DNA of 59,554 bases, counting the filler, from Sphacelaria rigidula (lineage: Eukaryota): NCBI GenBank assembly GCA_964200075.2. It is 10 parts of 10 records of this genome, joined end to end, with 100 filler letters (N's around TTAATTAATTAA, not from the genome) between each part and the next. Parts side by side here need not be neighbours in the genome. Positions count along the whole stretch, not along the records: positions 35,795 to 41,659 come from CAXNAA020023874.1; positions 41,760 to 47,624 come from CAXNAA020023875.1; positions 47,725 to 53,589 come from CAXNAA020023876.1; 7 more parts are not named here. One strand, written 5' to 3'. Below the pieces are notes generated by a model that searched no databases, was not told where the DNA came from, and was given only the letters and a program-made list of their open reading frames with translations. How positions within the stretch are numbered: position 1 is the first letter of the stretch; each line of letters opens with the position of its first letter. This document shows, one piece after another, positions 38,556-50,093 of the stretch. Position numbers and translations under genes: made by a program.

Positions 38556-41500
38556 GGAACGTTGGCGTGTCGGATCGGAGGGGGGCGTGTCGTTCCTGTT
38601 GGATTTATGTGTGTGCTCGATAGTTGTTGCTGTTGCTGTTTTGACCGGGTATTGAGGTTTTTGCTTGAGTGGTCTGTGTGTCCGGTTGGGCTTCCGTGGC
38701 GTGTGGGTCTGGGAGAAGTTGATGCTTGTCGTTAACACTGATTTATCCAGACCCCGTATTTGTAAGAAAAGATATTTTTGGCTCATTGACTTTAGCTCGT
38801 GAAGCAGCCTCAAGTAACGAGATTTTTACAAGAATTTTCGTCTTGATTGATACCAGTGTTACCGAGTTCAGTGCCACCCCAGCCACGGTTGATCACAGCC
38901 CCCATCTCAGCAGGGGATGTGAAGCAATGGGTTACACGATTTTCCTTTGTTTCCCTTCAACTTTTGTTGGATATGTTCCCGTGATACCGCCGAGCTGATG
39001 GCGTTCACCACGATTTGTAGATCGACGAGAGAGAGAAGAACTTGGGTCGGGAATCTGATTTGTCGAGGCTCTTGGTCATTGCTAGCGCAACCCCCGTATC
39101 CACCAACAGCTCTGTCAGTGTATCCCCCTCGGTTGTCACTGGTCAAAGGTAAATCATGTTCTCGACAATTTCGTGAATACCGTGGGGGGTTCAACACCTG
39201 TTGTCAACATGTAGGATGCTTTCATGGAGTCCCACTAAGTCAACCGGTTTCACCGGTGGCTCTGTTGGTCTATCCTCTCACTCGACGCCGTTCAGTGGAA
39301 GTTGACTGTGTCGTGGGTACACGAGGGTCCGACTCCACGGTTGACGGGGACAAGGAGGCGCCAAATTCCTCTCGCGGAGAAAATCTCGAGACGAACCCTT
39401 CAAAAAAAAATCTAGTACTGGGGAGCAGAGAGAAATTGTCGAATACAAGGAAAAATCCCTAAATCGGCCGTTATCCTCCGTGATCCCGGCAGTTTCGCCC
39501 ACCTCGACCGAAAGGTGCACAGTGGGTGCAGATAAGTGAGATGATGACGCAATACGAGTTCGTTCTCGCATCGAAAGCTCTACCCCTTTCGACTTTCGGC
39601 TCTTGAGGTGCCGTGTCAAGGTATTTTCTCCTGCTGGCCTAACCATGTTTTTGGATCGTCGTAAATGTACTCAGGGGAAAAACCACTCTGATATCTGCGC
39701 TGCATTACTAATTTCGGACCGGGCACCTGGTGTAGACGTCTCTCCCCGATTTTTTCATGAGAACGAGAGTAAATCGTACGGTCCAGAGTATCAATCAGTC
39801 AAATAGTGATTTGTTTCAGTTCTGAAATGCCCCTCAAAGAGGTTCAATATGCTCTCGTAGTAGCTTCCCACTGAGATTCCTCTACACTCCGTGTAAGAGT
39901 CTCTCGAATTTGTATCTCGCAAGTCATCCGGGGTCGGGTGGGTCATACCCCGTCTCGTGATGTGGCATATAACTGACGAAATGAAATTGGAAGACTACAC
40001 CAAAGGCTATGACATATCTACCATACCCTTTGGAATGACTCATGCAACCCTTTTGTGTACTACATCTGAGCACCGGCAGGTCGTGCATGAAACTACATAC
40101 GAATGTACGCTGAACCCTCGTTTTTTCCTAGTTTGAAGTGCGCTGCGGCCGAGTTTCTCATGCGCTCAAGCACGAATTATCCGAACTACACGACAGTGTA
40201 GATGTTCATGACGAAAATTAATGGAAGCATTCCTGTGAGCACCTCCCCACGGGTATTTACCAACGTATGAAAGTGAAATGAATTTTTCGGTATACTGGAT
40301 CATGTGACGGAGGGTCAGCTTCACTCCAACACCCGCCTCCTGGGACGTCAAATATCTGACGAACAAACCCACTCAAAAAATTGTGCTCATGCTAGGGGGG
40401 CACCAAGTCCACTGTCACCTAGTTTATTGTGGCCGAGGAGTTGGCGGATGGGGTCTGCGGTCAGCTGTTTGTACATGAACCATTGGCATGGAGAAGGCTG
40501 GACACACCGCCCTCTCCAACCTCTCACCACTCGCCATGATTCTTACGGGATCACGTTCCGTGTTGTGTGCCTCGAGTACCCACCAATAATAGTAGGGGCG
40601 AGTCTTCGGGGACGTCAGGAGTTGTTACTACGTCGGCTGCAAGCTGTCACTACCATGCGCTCGTGTATTCAAATGTGTGTATGAGCGTGGTCGGCATCTA
40701 GATGGGGTCAGTAGGACAGAGCGGGCACAGAGCAGAAGTAAATATATAACCCGCAAAGCCCACCAAACGTTTTCGGTTTTTGTCAGAGTTTATTGATAAA
40801 TTTCTTGACAATTCTCAGAAGAATGTCCTCCGGGAGGGGGTGTACTCATGATCATGCTTGCCATAGTCATCAGACCATTGACCTCGCGTCCTCCGGGAGG
40901 GGGGGCGCGGAGGGGGAGACCCCGTGTCCGAAACTCTTCTCCCCGTAACCCCCTGGTATAACTTGAAAAAACGGCGTGAACAATCGCCTGGTCGAGTATT
41001 GAAGTATGCAGAAGTACGCGGAACCTCCTCGTCACTTGATTGTACTGTAGTATGTTTTCGACATTTCCTTGTTCGCTTGAGCAACCGTGTGGGATCAGCA
41101 TCTCAAGCTACGCAACGGAAGTTTGTACAAACATTCCAAGGGTGGTCGAGTAGAGTATACTAAATACTCGGTATTTTTGAAAAGTCACATTTTTAGTACT
41201 CGAAGTTTGAGTAATATCTGAGGTCGTACTCAATCTACAGTAGTCAGCATCAGAAGTTTTCAGGGTTCGTAGTTGTTGTAATTTTCGACTTTTTGTCGAG
41301 TATTGTTCATTACTACTTGAAAGTGCTAGCGCCGGTAGATTTAGGGGGAAAGCGTAGGCCGCGCGCTCAAATTGCAGTACCCAAGTTGGCGTTTTTTTGG
41401 GCCATACGGACTAGATACCCCGTTTATCAGGAGGGTGTTATTGAACGTTTTTCGTCCAATAAGAACAGGTTTCTGGCTCTTCCGCAACGAAACGGTAAAT

Positions 41501-41929
41501 ATTCAGGTAAATGAATACGTTAATATTTCTTCACAATAACGATCGAGATCGTGTTTCCCTCCTAGAATACTGCACAGACCTCAGTCTAGCATTTTCTGCG
41601 AATAACAGGGTTGCCAAAAAAATGAGAACGTATTTTGAAATGAGAATCAACCGCTCCCCNNNNNNNNNNNNNNNNNNNNNNNNNNNNNNNNNNNNNNNNN
41701 NNNTTAATTAATTAANNNNNNNNNNNNNNNNNNNNNNNNNNNNNNNNNNNNNNNNNNNNCCCTGTGATGCACACTATTCATGACCACTGTAGGGAAACCC
41801 TGTGGAGCATCCCGTGCTACGCTGGAAAACACTTTACAGTAAAATTCCCGCCAGAGACACTGCGCAGGGTACGTATACCCTGTATACCCCCTCCACAGGA
41901 TGCTATCTGTCCACGTGTGAAGTTCGCTG

Positions 41930-43140
41930 AGGATTTCTTTTCGCAGAGGAAGTATACAGGGGTTGAGCTTTGATGTGTTTGCAGATGATGACTACGCAAG
42001 TAAGGCAGCTGATAGGCGGTCGGTATCAGGAGGGCTAGTGTTGTGTGGAGGTGGATGTGTGTCTTGGTTTTCAAGGACTCAGACGTGTGTGACGCTGTCC
42101 ACGCCGGAAGCAGAATACGTTGCCATGACAGATATTCTAAAGGAGGTATTGTTTTTGAGACATGTTTGGCGTTTCATGTTGCCGCAGATGGGAATGCCAT
42201 GCATCCCTGTGTTTGAGGATAATAATCAGGGAGCTATTCAATTGGCAAAGAACCCAATCACGAACTCCAACTCCAAGCACATCGACGTGCAGCATCATTT
42301 TATCAGAGACTTGGTGAGCAGGAATGAGGTTTCGGTTATTCACGTGAGATCGGAGTATCAACATGCAGATTTCCTCACTAAAGTGTTGCCGATAGAGTCT
42401 TTTGAGTTTCATCGTAATACTGTCATGAATATTATCTGAAGTCGGCAGCACGCTGGTACATTGGTTTGGTTTGAGTTGGTTTGATTTGTTTTCGGGGCCA
42501 TTTATTCGCCCCGGAAAGCAGGGGTACGAGACCATGGTTGCAAGATTTTCAATTTTGCAGTGAATCAGGTTTTGTTTTTATCTTTGACGGGTACGGCTGC
42601 ATCTGATTTTTCATGTGGACAAAATAGTTTTCATGGTTTTGAGTGTTGGATTTCGAGTGTCACAAAAATTGCCGTAGTGAATATCGAGAAACTGGACGGG
42701 TTTCGACTTTGCAGTTGGTTGATGGATTTTCCCATGTCGTCGAACATATCTCTGGGATGCTTGACATTTTGGTTTGTGATGATTTGAATTTTGAGTTTGA
42801 ATTATTTTTCCAGTACTGCATGGCGTGAGGGGATAGATAAAGAGCATGAATGTGTCATGAAGTATTGAGGACGAGAACTCAAGGAAGGAGTTTCAGTTTG
42901 CTAAGTAGATGACGTTACCGGATGTCTGTACACGGCTGGGACGATTAGTTTTGCTTTGTTATATAGGATTGAATATTGTCGTTTTCGGGATAAAAATCTT
43001 CGTACATTCAGATGGAATTACGCTAATGAGGTTTGGAGACATGAGTAGAATTGAGCCGTGAGTAGGAGGGCTAATCGAATATACTCATACTCAATGATAG
43101 ATACATATAAACATGCCTGGATGCAATGAAAGTGGATATT
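41930..43140 (+). mobile_element. 3' fragment of a Ty1/Copia retrotransposon (RNase H, 3' UTR, candidate PPT and LTR start)
   Basis: RNase H ORF, then an AT-rich UTR and a purine tract GAGTAGGAGGG at ~43060-43071. Outer boundaries approximate. Confidence 0.65.
41963..42439 (+). pseudogene. Ty1/Copia pol C-terminus (RNase H)
   Basis: FADDDYA..DRRSVSG, VSWFSRTQ..VTLSTPEAEYVA, FEDNNQGAIQLAKNP, SKHIDVQHHF and QHADFLTK. 5'-truncated. Confidence 0.93.
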
Positions 43141-44553
43141 GTGATTGGATCATGACATATGGGGAAACGCAAATAAGAGATATACAGTTCTGCTATTTGA
43201 TGTATATCCGATGGTTGCAGTAAACAAGGGATTCTATAAAATGAGGTTGATCAATGAAATGCGGTTTGAGGAGGATCGCCTGTGTGCGCCAAAAACCGGG
43301 GGAAGTACCGTCCGCGCGTGCCCTCGATCATTTCCGTGGAGGGGAATCAAGTGTCGGCGGCTGAACTTATCGTCTTTCGACTGTTCCATTTTGTCTGCGA
43401 CCGGCGGCGGCGTGGAATGCCACCATGGGCTGGGGAAAAAACGGCGATCCAACAACAGTTTGTCCCATGTGAATCAAGTGGGTGACGGTCTTCTCGCTGT
43501 TACGTGCCTCGAGGCCAGCGTGAGAATGACAATCTCCGGCGCTGGTTTGCTCTCCAGTGGCGTGTTGGAGGAAGGATGGACTGTTGCCGCGGTGACGTCT
43601 TGGGGGGACAACAACCCGTTGGTCACCAACATGTCGGGGATAGGATGGATTTTCTCGTTTCGAGCTTGTTTGCACAAGGCAGACAATATTTACTGATCAA
43701 ACACAGACAGTACCGCGAACATCCGTCGAGCCCTTCAACCTGGTTCGAGCATGTATGATGCACCGTTGGCAAACACTCGGCAGCGATGGCAGAGACCATG
43801 CCGATGGCATCAGCACGCTCGTCACTCTTCGCCGCACATCGGCATTGTCCACTCCAATTCGACAATATTTTCATCCCGCCATCCAATCCATTGGGACTTG
43901 TGCTACACGATACCACCTCCACACGCCTGAATCGTACGTTCACAATCGACCCCCAGCCTGTATTCGAAACTACCCTCGTTATCCTTCAACTGCGGTACTG
44001 CAACCTGATGCGTCAACGTCATCGTTACCAGCTCCATCATCGACTTCATCGTCATCCTCTTCATCTCCGTTACCCTCGTCGGACGACTCGCATTGTCCCG
44101 TGCAACGTGTGCCCCTCAACCACCTACTCTCGAACCCCGGCCCACCTACGATCAGATCTCCGGGACTGATCACGATAGGCCGTCTCGCATTGATCCTCCC
44201 GCTCCGCTGTCGACTCTCTGGGACTCTGGGACTTTGCCTGTTACCGCGTTTTGATTTTCGTCGTCACTGCCAAGTGCAGCGGCCAGTAACACGTCTCTAC
44301 TTCTTTTAGGTGGTATGGTCGAAGTTATCTGAATGTCACCAACCGACCCGCCCGCTTCCCACGTCAAATAATAGAACGGACACGTGTCTGCAACCTCCAA
44401 GTATAGGGCAGCATCTGGCTGACATGCTTCCCTTCCGGGATCTACCGTGCGTCTAAGCTATTTTGTCGATGCAGCCAACACAAGGTGAACGCGCTGTTCG
44501 TCCAGGATGTGTTGTGGTATAGACTCCAAAGCCTCTCCGGGGGTGTTGTATAC

Positions 44554-44649
44554 CTGGTACGCTCCCCACAGGGGACTATCCGGGTACTCAAGCTCTTTGT
44601 CAGGCTTCGTGATGACGTGGAGCTGTTGAAGCTGATGGAGTTTTGAGTA
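44554..44649 (-). CDS. Internal exon, probably part of or paralogous to the 45644-47570 gene
   Basis: Acceptor ccgccgcag|TAC and donor CAG|gtatac; 96 bp, phase 0-0; YSKLHQLQQLHVITKPDKELEYPDSPLWGAYQ. Confidence 0.5.
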
Positions 44650-45643
44650 CTGCGGCGGGAATCAACGGAGGGTACGGCGAAGACAACCGCCGCCGACGTG
44701 CATATCATTCAGTTCGCGAGAGGGTAAGAGGGGCATGGGGATGCAGCAACCTCTCATAAAGGTGTCGAAAAAATGATGGCTCATTGCCGTACTTATTTTT
44801 CAGTAATACGTGGGGAATCCCCAGACACTGGGACGTGGATACGCGGAGAACTGACCCCATGGTATGCATAGCCTAATCGCAACGCGGGAGCCAACGATGC
44901 GAAGAACACATTGCAAGTATTGCAGGATTGGGTCAAACCCGGGGGAAAAACACGCAGTAACACGATGCACGGGGCAATACACAACGACACGTCTTCACGT
45001 CAACGGACATCAATCAGCCGTGCACCGAAGAGCCCTCGCTATAGTGAATGACGCTACGGTAGAGGTACACAAAAATATTTTGATGTCAGTACTGTGCATT
45101 GCCCTCTCGCATCCAAAACACGACGTGTGAAATATGCGTGGGTACTCCACAATTACTACTCCACTGTGATAGGGATAACCCGTGTGGATTTGTAAACAGA
45201 ATTGCTCCAACCCATTGTGTTGTGCATTTATAATCGTTAGGAGCCCCGAGTCATGCTACGATGGGGAGGAGGGACTTGGGGCCATTTGCTTCGACGAAAA
45301 TCCGACTCAATCGCCGTCGAAAGCAGCCACCAACTGTTAAAACGCCCTTCCTCTCGATAGATAACGCTCATTGAACGTTCTCTACACCGCTGCTACACTA
45401 ATACAAGCGCACCGTGAGTGTTTAAGGTCGTTTGACGCATCTATGAGCACTTGTTTGTCATGGAATCGGGCACCCTCCCCCCCGTCCCTGTCGTACCATG
45501 GCCCTCCCTGAACCAGGCAATGGTTTATTCCAAAATATTACCTCTGCCGCAGCACTGCAGTTGTGAGGATAGCGACGGACACGAGGCGAGGGAAGAGAGT
45601 AGAGAATAAGGAAAATGGGGGTTATAGTGTGGCTATCACTTAC

Positions 45644-47570
45644 CATCGGTACGAGGGGAAACCATCTCTCCGTCTCCTGATTCTTATCGATGGAACGATT
45701 CCGCCATGGAAGAGAAAAGTAGAGGAACAGAGCGAGATAGAAATGTTGTGGGCGCCGCCTCACCTCAAGCACCGTAACCCGTGCCGCTTTTGCATACGTA
45801 CTGGTCTTACCTTCATCTTGTAGCCCAGGGCCTGCAATGCGTCCTTCACTGACTCTTCTGCCGATTGTCCAGGACGGGGATCCATCAAGTTAGTCGGGGT
45901 AGTGTCCTCCGGCAACGCGGACGGGAGTAGTTTCGGTTCCACGTACACTTCGCCGCTGATATTATGCTGCCGGCGAAGACAACGCACATACGGTTGTCGT
46001 GATCATGGGAGTATTTGTTACATCGCGCTTCAAGTTTCGAGCAGATTTCGGTCGCGAATGACTCCGGCCACTCCGGCAACAACACAGCGGGAAACACGGG
46101 CGCCGAGGATCTTAACTGGGTGGTGATCGGTTTCTCGGGACTTACGTTGAACATCCCCGACATGATCGCCTTTTGGAAGCCCTTCTCCAGACGGCCTCGG
46201 ACCTCTTTCATCGGGCCGTTTACAAGGTAGAGCTCCGTCGGGCGGCCGAGCCCGAGAGCGACCTCCAGTAACTGTGTGCCCTCGACCCCGATACCCATGA
46301 CGGCATCCCCTGCGACGGTAAACCTGTCCGAATACGAGTGATGTCAATCTCGCGGAGTCAACATACGGTGCTGCAGTATACCCTGTGCGATTTTTCCCTG
46401 ACCATTCATGTCTTGCTGCGAATGTATCGGAAGTCAAATTCTAACATATACGAACCTGATGTTTGGCATTACTCTGACCCGTCTGATACCAGTATCTCCC
46501 CAACCTGACAATAGGGCAGGAATACCATGTCAGACACTCGCGGCTTTTTCTGACCACGACGCCGACAGGAACGTCAACTTCGCTATGAGGTTTCACGGTT
46601 CGGTACATGTCGGCGCCGATCGACAGAAAAAGAACGACATATTTGTGTCGTCATATGTACATCACGACCGCCCGAGGGAGGGGGAACCACTAAAAAACAA
46701 ATACTCACCTATTGACGAAGGTCGTCAGTATCCTGGGCGGGAAATAATTGATCGGCCCGCCGATAGGCCCTTCTTGTTTGTACACCAGCATCTTCTGCCA
46801 GCAATCTAATTCCTTGCCGTCGCTCTTGGTGCCGTATGGATCGGCGAAAGTAACTCTCGGGTTTACCGTGAATGTCTTTGCGTCTTCGGTGGATTGCTTG
46901 TGTGCCACCATGATTGCCTCCATGTGAGGGTAGAAGTGGTGCTTCTCATTTTGTTTTCGGGAACCTCCATGGCGGCTGGAGTACTTTACTAGCACGAGGT
47001 CGGTCTCGATGACCATGTAGGGGTCGGCAGCAATCGCGCCTGCGAAGCGATACCCGTGGTAGTGGGTCGCCGCGGCGGCGGAGGGTGAGGGGTTAGGGTT
47101 GGGGTGTGAATATCGCCATGGGACGAGGTATTATTGTAATTTGAGAGAAGGTAAGCGCGGTCGACAGGGACGGAATAAACGAAGCTCGCGCCATCCCGCG
47201 AGCGTGTCGTAGATATTGTTTACCACATAGCATTTTCATCAGTAAGGCTGTCGATCTTCGACCCGCCACTACGTGGAGTATTGGTGGACACGTGGTTTCC
47301 AGGCCGTAGTACCTTGGATTCGATGTCCGTGTTGATCCCACATGGGGAACCAACCGCAAACGCGATGGTGCCCATCGGATGCAAGCCTTGTAGCACCCTT
47401 TCCACGGACCGTTTGAAGTATCGCTTGCCATCAATGTTTGTCCAGCTCAACATTGCTTTTTCGCCGTCGATGGAGACCATGATTAGCTTCGGCTGTCTCT
47501 TCACAGGGAGCGGTTCTCGTTCGTCGATAAGAGCGCAGTTGCGGCGGAGTAGGTTTACCTCGGAGTCATC
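45644..47570 (-). CDS. Multi-exon gene or pseudogene; product resembles a divergent beta-class N6-adenine/N4-cytosine DNA methyltransferase fold
   Basis: Exons 46709-47039, 46479-46504, 46146-46309, 45811-45966 and 45644-45676 have AG/GT borders and compatible phases. Exon 47224-47570 needs a 1-nt shift or an extra intron to join. The exon model is better supported than the product call, which rests on motif order seen by eye. Confidence 0.55.
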
Positions 47571-48495
47571 CTACGATAGGGGGGGGAGGTATTTTGGGCC
47601 ATTTGTTGCTCGAAATTTCGAGTCNNNNNNNNNNNNNNNNNNNNNNNNNNNNNNNNNNNNNNNNNNNNTTAATTAATTAANNNNNNNNNNNNNNNNNNNN
47701 NNNNNNNNNNNNNNNNNNNNNNNNTTTGGTTTTTTGTTGTTTTTTTTTGGAGGTGAAACTAAAGGATGATTTTTTGAGCCTGTTTTTTTTCGTTTTTTTT
47801 TTTTTAATCTTGAGTATGAATTCCACACCCTGGATAATGGTAATAGATTCTATTACAAAGAAATGTCATGCGTACAGTATGGAATGCATTATCTGCTGGA
47901 ATAGGCGCAATAGTCGATGCTGTACACAGTACACGTTTTGACAGTGAATTAATTTGTCCAGAGTGTGGTGGATTCACCCTCCCGCCCCTAGCCCACCACC
48001 ACGTTACCCGTAGGGTCTTGATTCATGTATTTTCTTCGTCGCACATCAAGTATCTCCGCATTAAGTTCATTATCTCTTTACAGTCTGATATTTTCCAGTA
48101 TAGTTGGTATCTCAATCGCCATTTTTAGTGCTCAGGAAACAGCTTTGTTAGCGGTCAGCCTTTTTCACTCCGCGTTGTCGAATGTTGCGAAAAAGAAGAA
48201 GCCAACTCTACCAACGAATCCATACGTTGGCTGAAAAAACCTACGGATCTCTCTTTGCCCCCCAATTCAGCGAAGGCACATGAGAGGGGCGGAAATTTAT
48301 GGACATTGGTTATTTACCCGATGTCTCCGGCTTTGCACCGTCCAATCGTCCCCGCTGTCCAGCACAGTCTTTGTATGAACCCCGTCTGAAATATATATGT
48401 TTGCTTCTGTGAGTTGTTCCGTCCTGTTTTTACCTCATTTTTGTCACTATTTTTTCTCTCAATTTTTTCTTGTCATCAATATATTGACGTCGCAG

Positions 48496-48573
48496 GGTCG
48501 GGGATCTACGGAGATTGACGTCATCGAAGCGCAGCCGGGCATCTCTAACGACCCTCGCATGAACATCGGCAAG
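48496..48573 (+). CDS. KRE6/SKN1-type GH16 beta-glucan synthesis-associated protein, catalytic exon
   Basis: gtcgcag|GGT...AAG|gtaaaa; GRGSTEIDVIEAQPG matches the KRE6/SKN1 signature GRGAPEID..EA with the GH16 ExDxxE triad intact. Confidence 0.82.
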
Positions 48574-48951
48574 GTAAAACTCATGGTTGGATAGCGATGG
48601 TGCCGTACAGGGAGAGTTGATGGGGACCGTCGAAATACGTCGCGGGAGAAGTGCTCCGCGAAACTAGAAAATGAGAAGTACGCGGCAAGGATTCCTTCCC
48701 GTATTCTGGGGACACGAATAAAATAAAGGAGACGAAATGAGTTGCGCGTCAACCCGCCGCAATAAAGAAATAATGGTGTAGAGGGGAAAATATGGAGCTA
48801 GGATGGCTCAAAACTTGGGCAAGGGGCTAGGTTTGGCTCGCTGTGAGATTGAAAGCCCACGCCGAACGCGCCGGAAAGCAGTACGAGCTGGGCCATGTGA
48901 CCATGATTTTTGTCGGTGGTCATGTGACGCGGTGGGTGATTTGAGGAGTTA

Positions 48952-49338
48952 GGCCGGATATTATGGCAAACAGATTTTTGGCCCACGGATTGTACACTTT
49001 TGGTACATTTGAGCCACTTTTTGACCCCCAAACAGGGAAAATCGCCAACCCACGTGTTGGACACTTTACATCACCCCATAGAGAGAAGCCTAGTCCCCTT
49101 TTCAGATTCGCTTGGCTCCGAGGTCTCGAGTTGGCCGTTGAACAAAAATTCGTGCGCAAAAATCTGTGCTTGCCAACCCCCGCCAGTTTGAGCAGACTAG
49201 GCTCCTCTCTGTGGGGTGATGCGAAGTGTTCAAGACGTGGGATGGCGATTTTCCCTGTTTGGGGCTCAAAAGGTGGCTCAAATGTACCCAAAGTGAACAA
49301 TCCGCGGGCCAAAAATCTGTTTGCCATAACATCCGGCC
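48952..49338. mobile_element. PIF/Harbinger (Tourist-like) MITE with ~145-bp inverted arms, inside the GH16 intron
   Basis: TTA|GGCCGGAT...ATCCGGCC|TTA (TSD 48949-48951 and 49339-49341). Arms 48952-49095 and 49195-49338 are near reverse complements. Confidence 0.85.
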
Positions 49339-49722
49339 TTAGACGCTGAATTTTTAACACAACACTTCTAACATCAACACGCGCAACATCTCCCCGGAGG
49401 AAAGCCACAAAAAAAATGAAAAATAAAAAAATAAAGTCAGAGCAATCTGAAAAATAAAAACTGGATTATGTCATGACTCCGTGAAGAAAAACGGCGGCAT
49501 CCCTTATCACAAATTTTGTACCTGCGTGCAGAAGAATCTGATGAATTTTGGCTCAAAACTCTGAAGATTGGGCCCAGTGTGCAACTCTTCGTGTGATACC
49601 GCTGTGAGCCTGTACTCTGAAGTGATACAGGAGCCTCCAGTTCTGGAGGTCACGAGTTCGAATCCCCGTAGTTTTTATTTATTTGTTGCAGAATCTGGTT
49701 CCGTCGTTGAGGTCATATATTA

Positions 49723-50093
49723 TGTGTGTGTTGTCATTCCATCAATGCTGGACCATTTATTCTGGATGCTAGTCTACACCGATCGGCATATGTGGGCGCA
49801 GCAGCCGGGGTCACAGAAGAGGAGGGCCAACACAGGATTTTTTATTTTTATTTCTCCACCTTCCTTCTGCGGTGCATGCCTTTTTTTTCTTATCGCGAGA
49901 AGGGTTCAGCAGTCCCTCTCCCTCGTCGACCGTTCGGTCGAATTTTTGTGTACTCACGATATAGTCGCTCTCCACTGTTGGGCATTGTGTAAAGAAAAAT
50001 CTCAGATCTTGTGACGACGGCACCGAGGTTCGGATTCACGACCCAACCGTCAGAAGGTTTCACGGTTACCAGCTGAGCCACTGGGGTGACCGG
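49723..50093 (-). mobile_element. tRNA-derived SINE
   Basis: Head CCGGTCACCCCAGTGGCTCAGCTGGTAACC (A-box) and a degenerate B-box; body shared with 25385-25713; ends in a CA-rich tail. Confidence 0.72.

Noticed and set aside
39000..40500. Possible fossil coding region
   Set aside because: Short broken frames with no recognisable motif or consistent splice pattern.
48920..49408. Mirror ORFs with near-identical peptides on both strands
   Set aside because: A direct consequence of the inverted arms of the PIF-like MITE.
49595..49670. tRNA gene (B-box GAGTTCGAATCCC)
   Set aside because: No cloverleaf or A-box could be built; probably a SINE head remnant.
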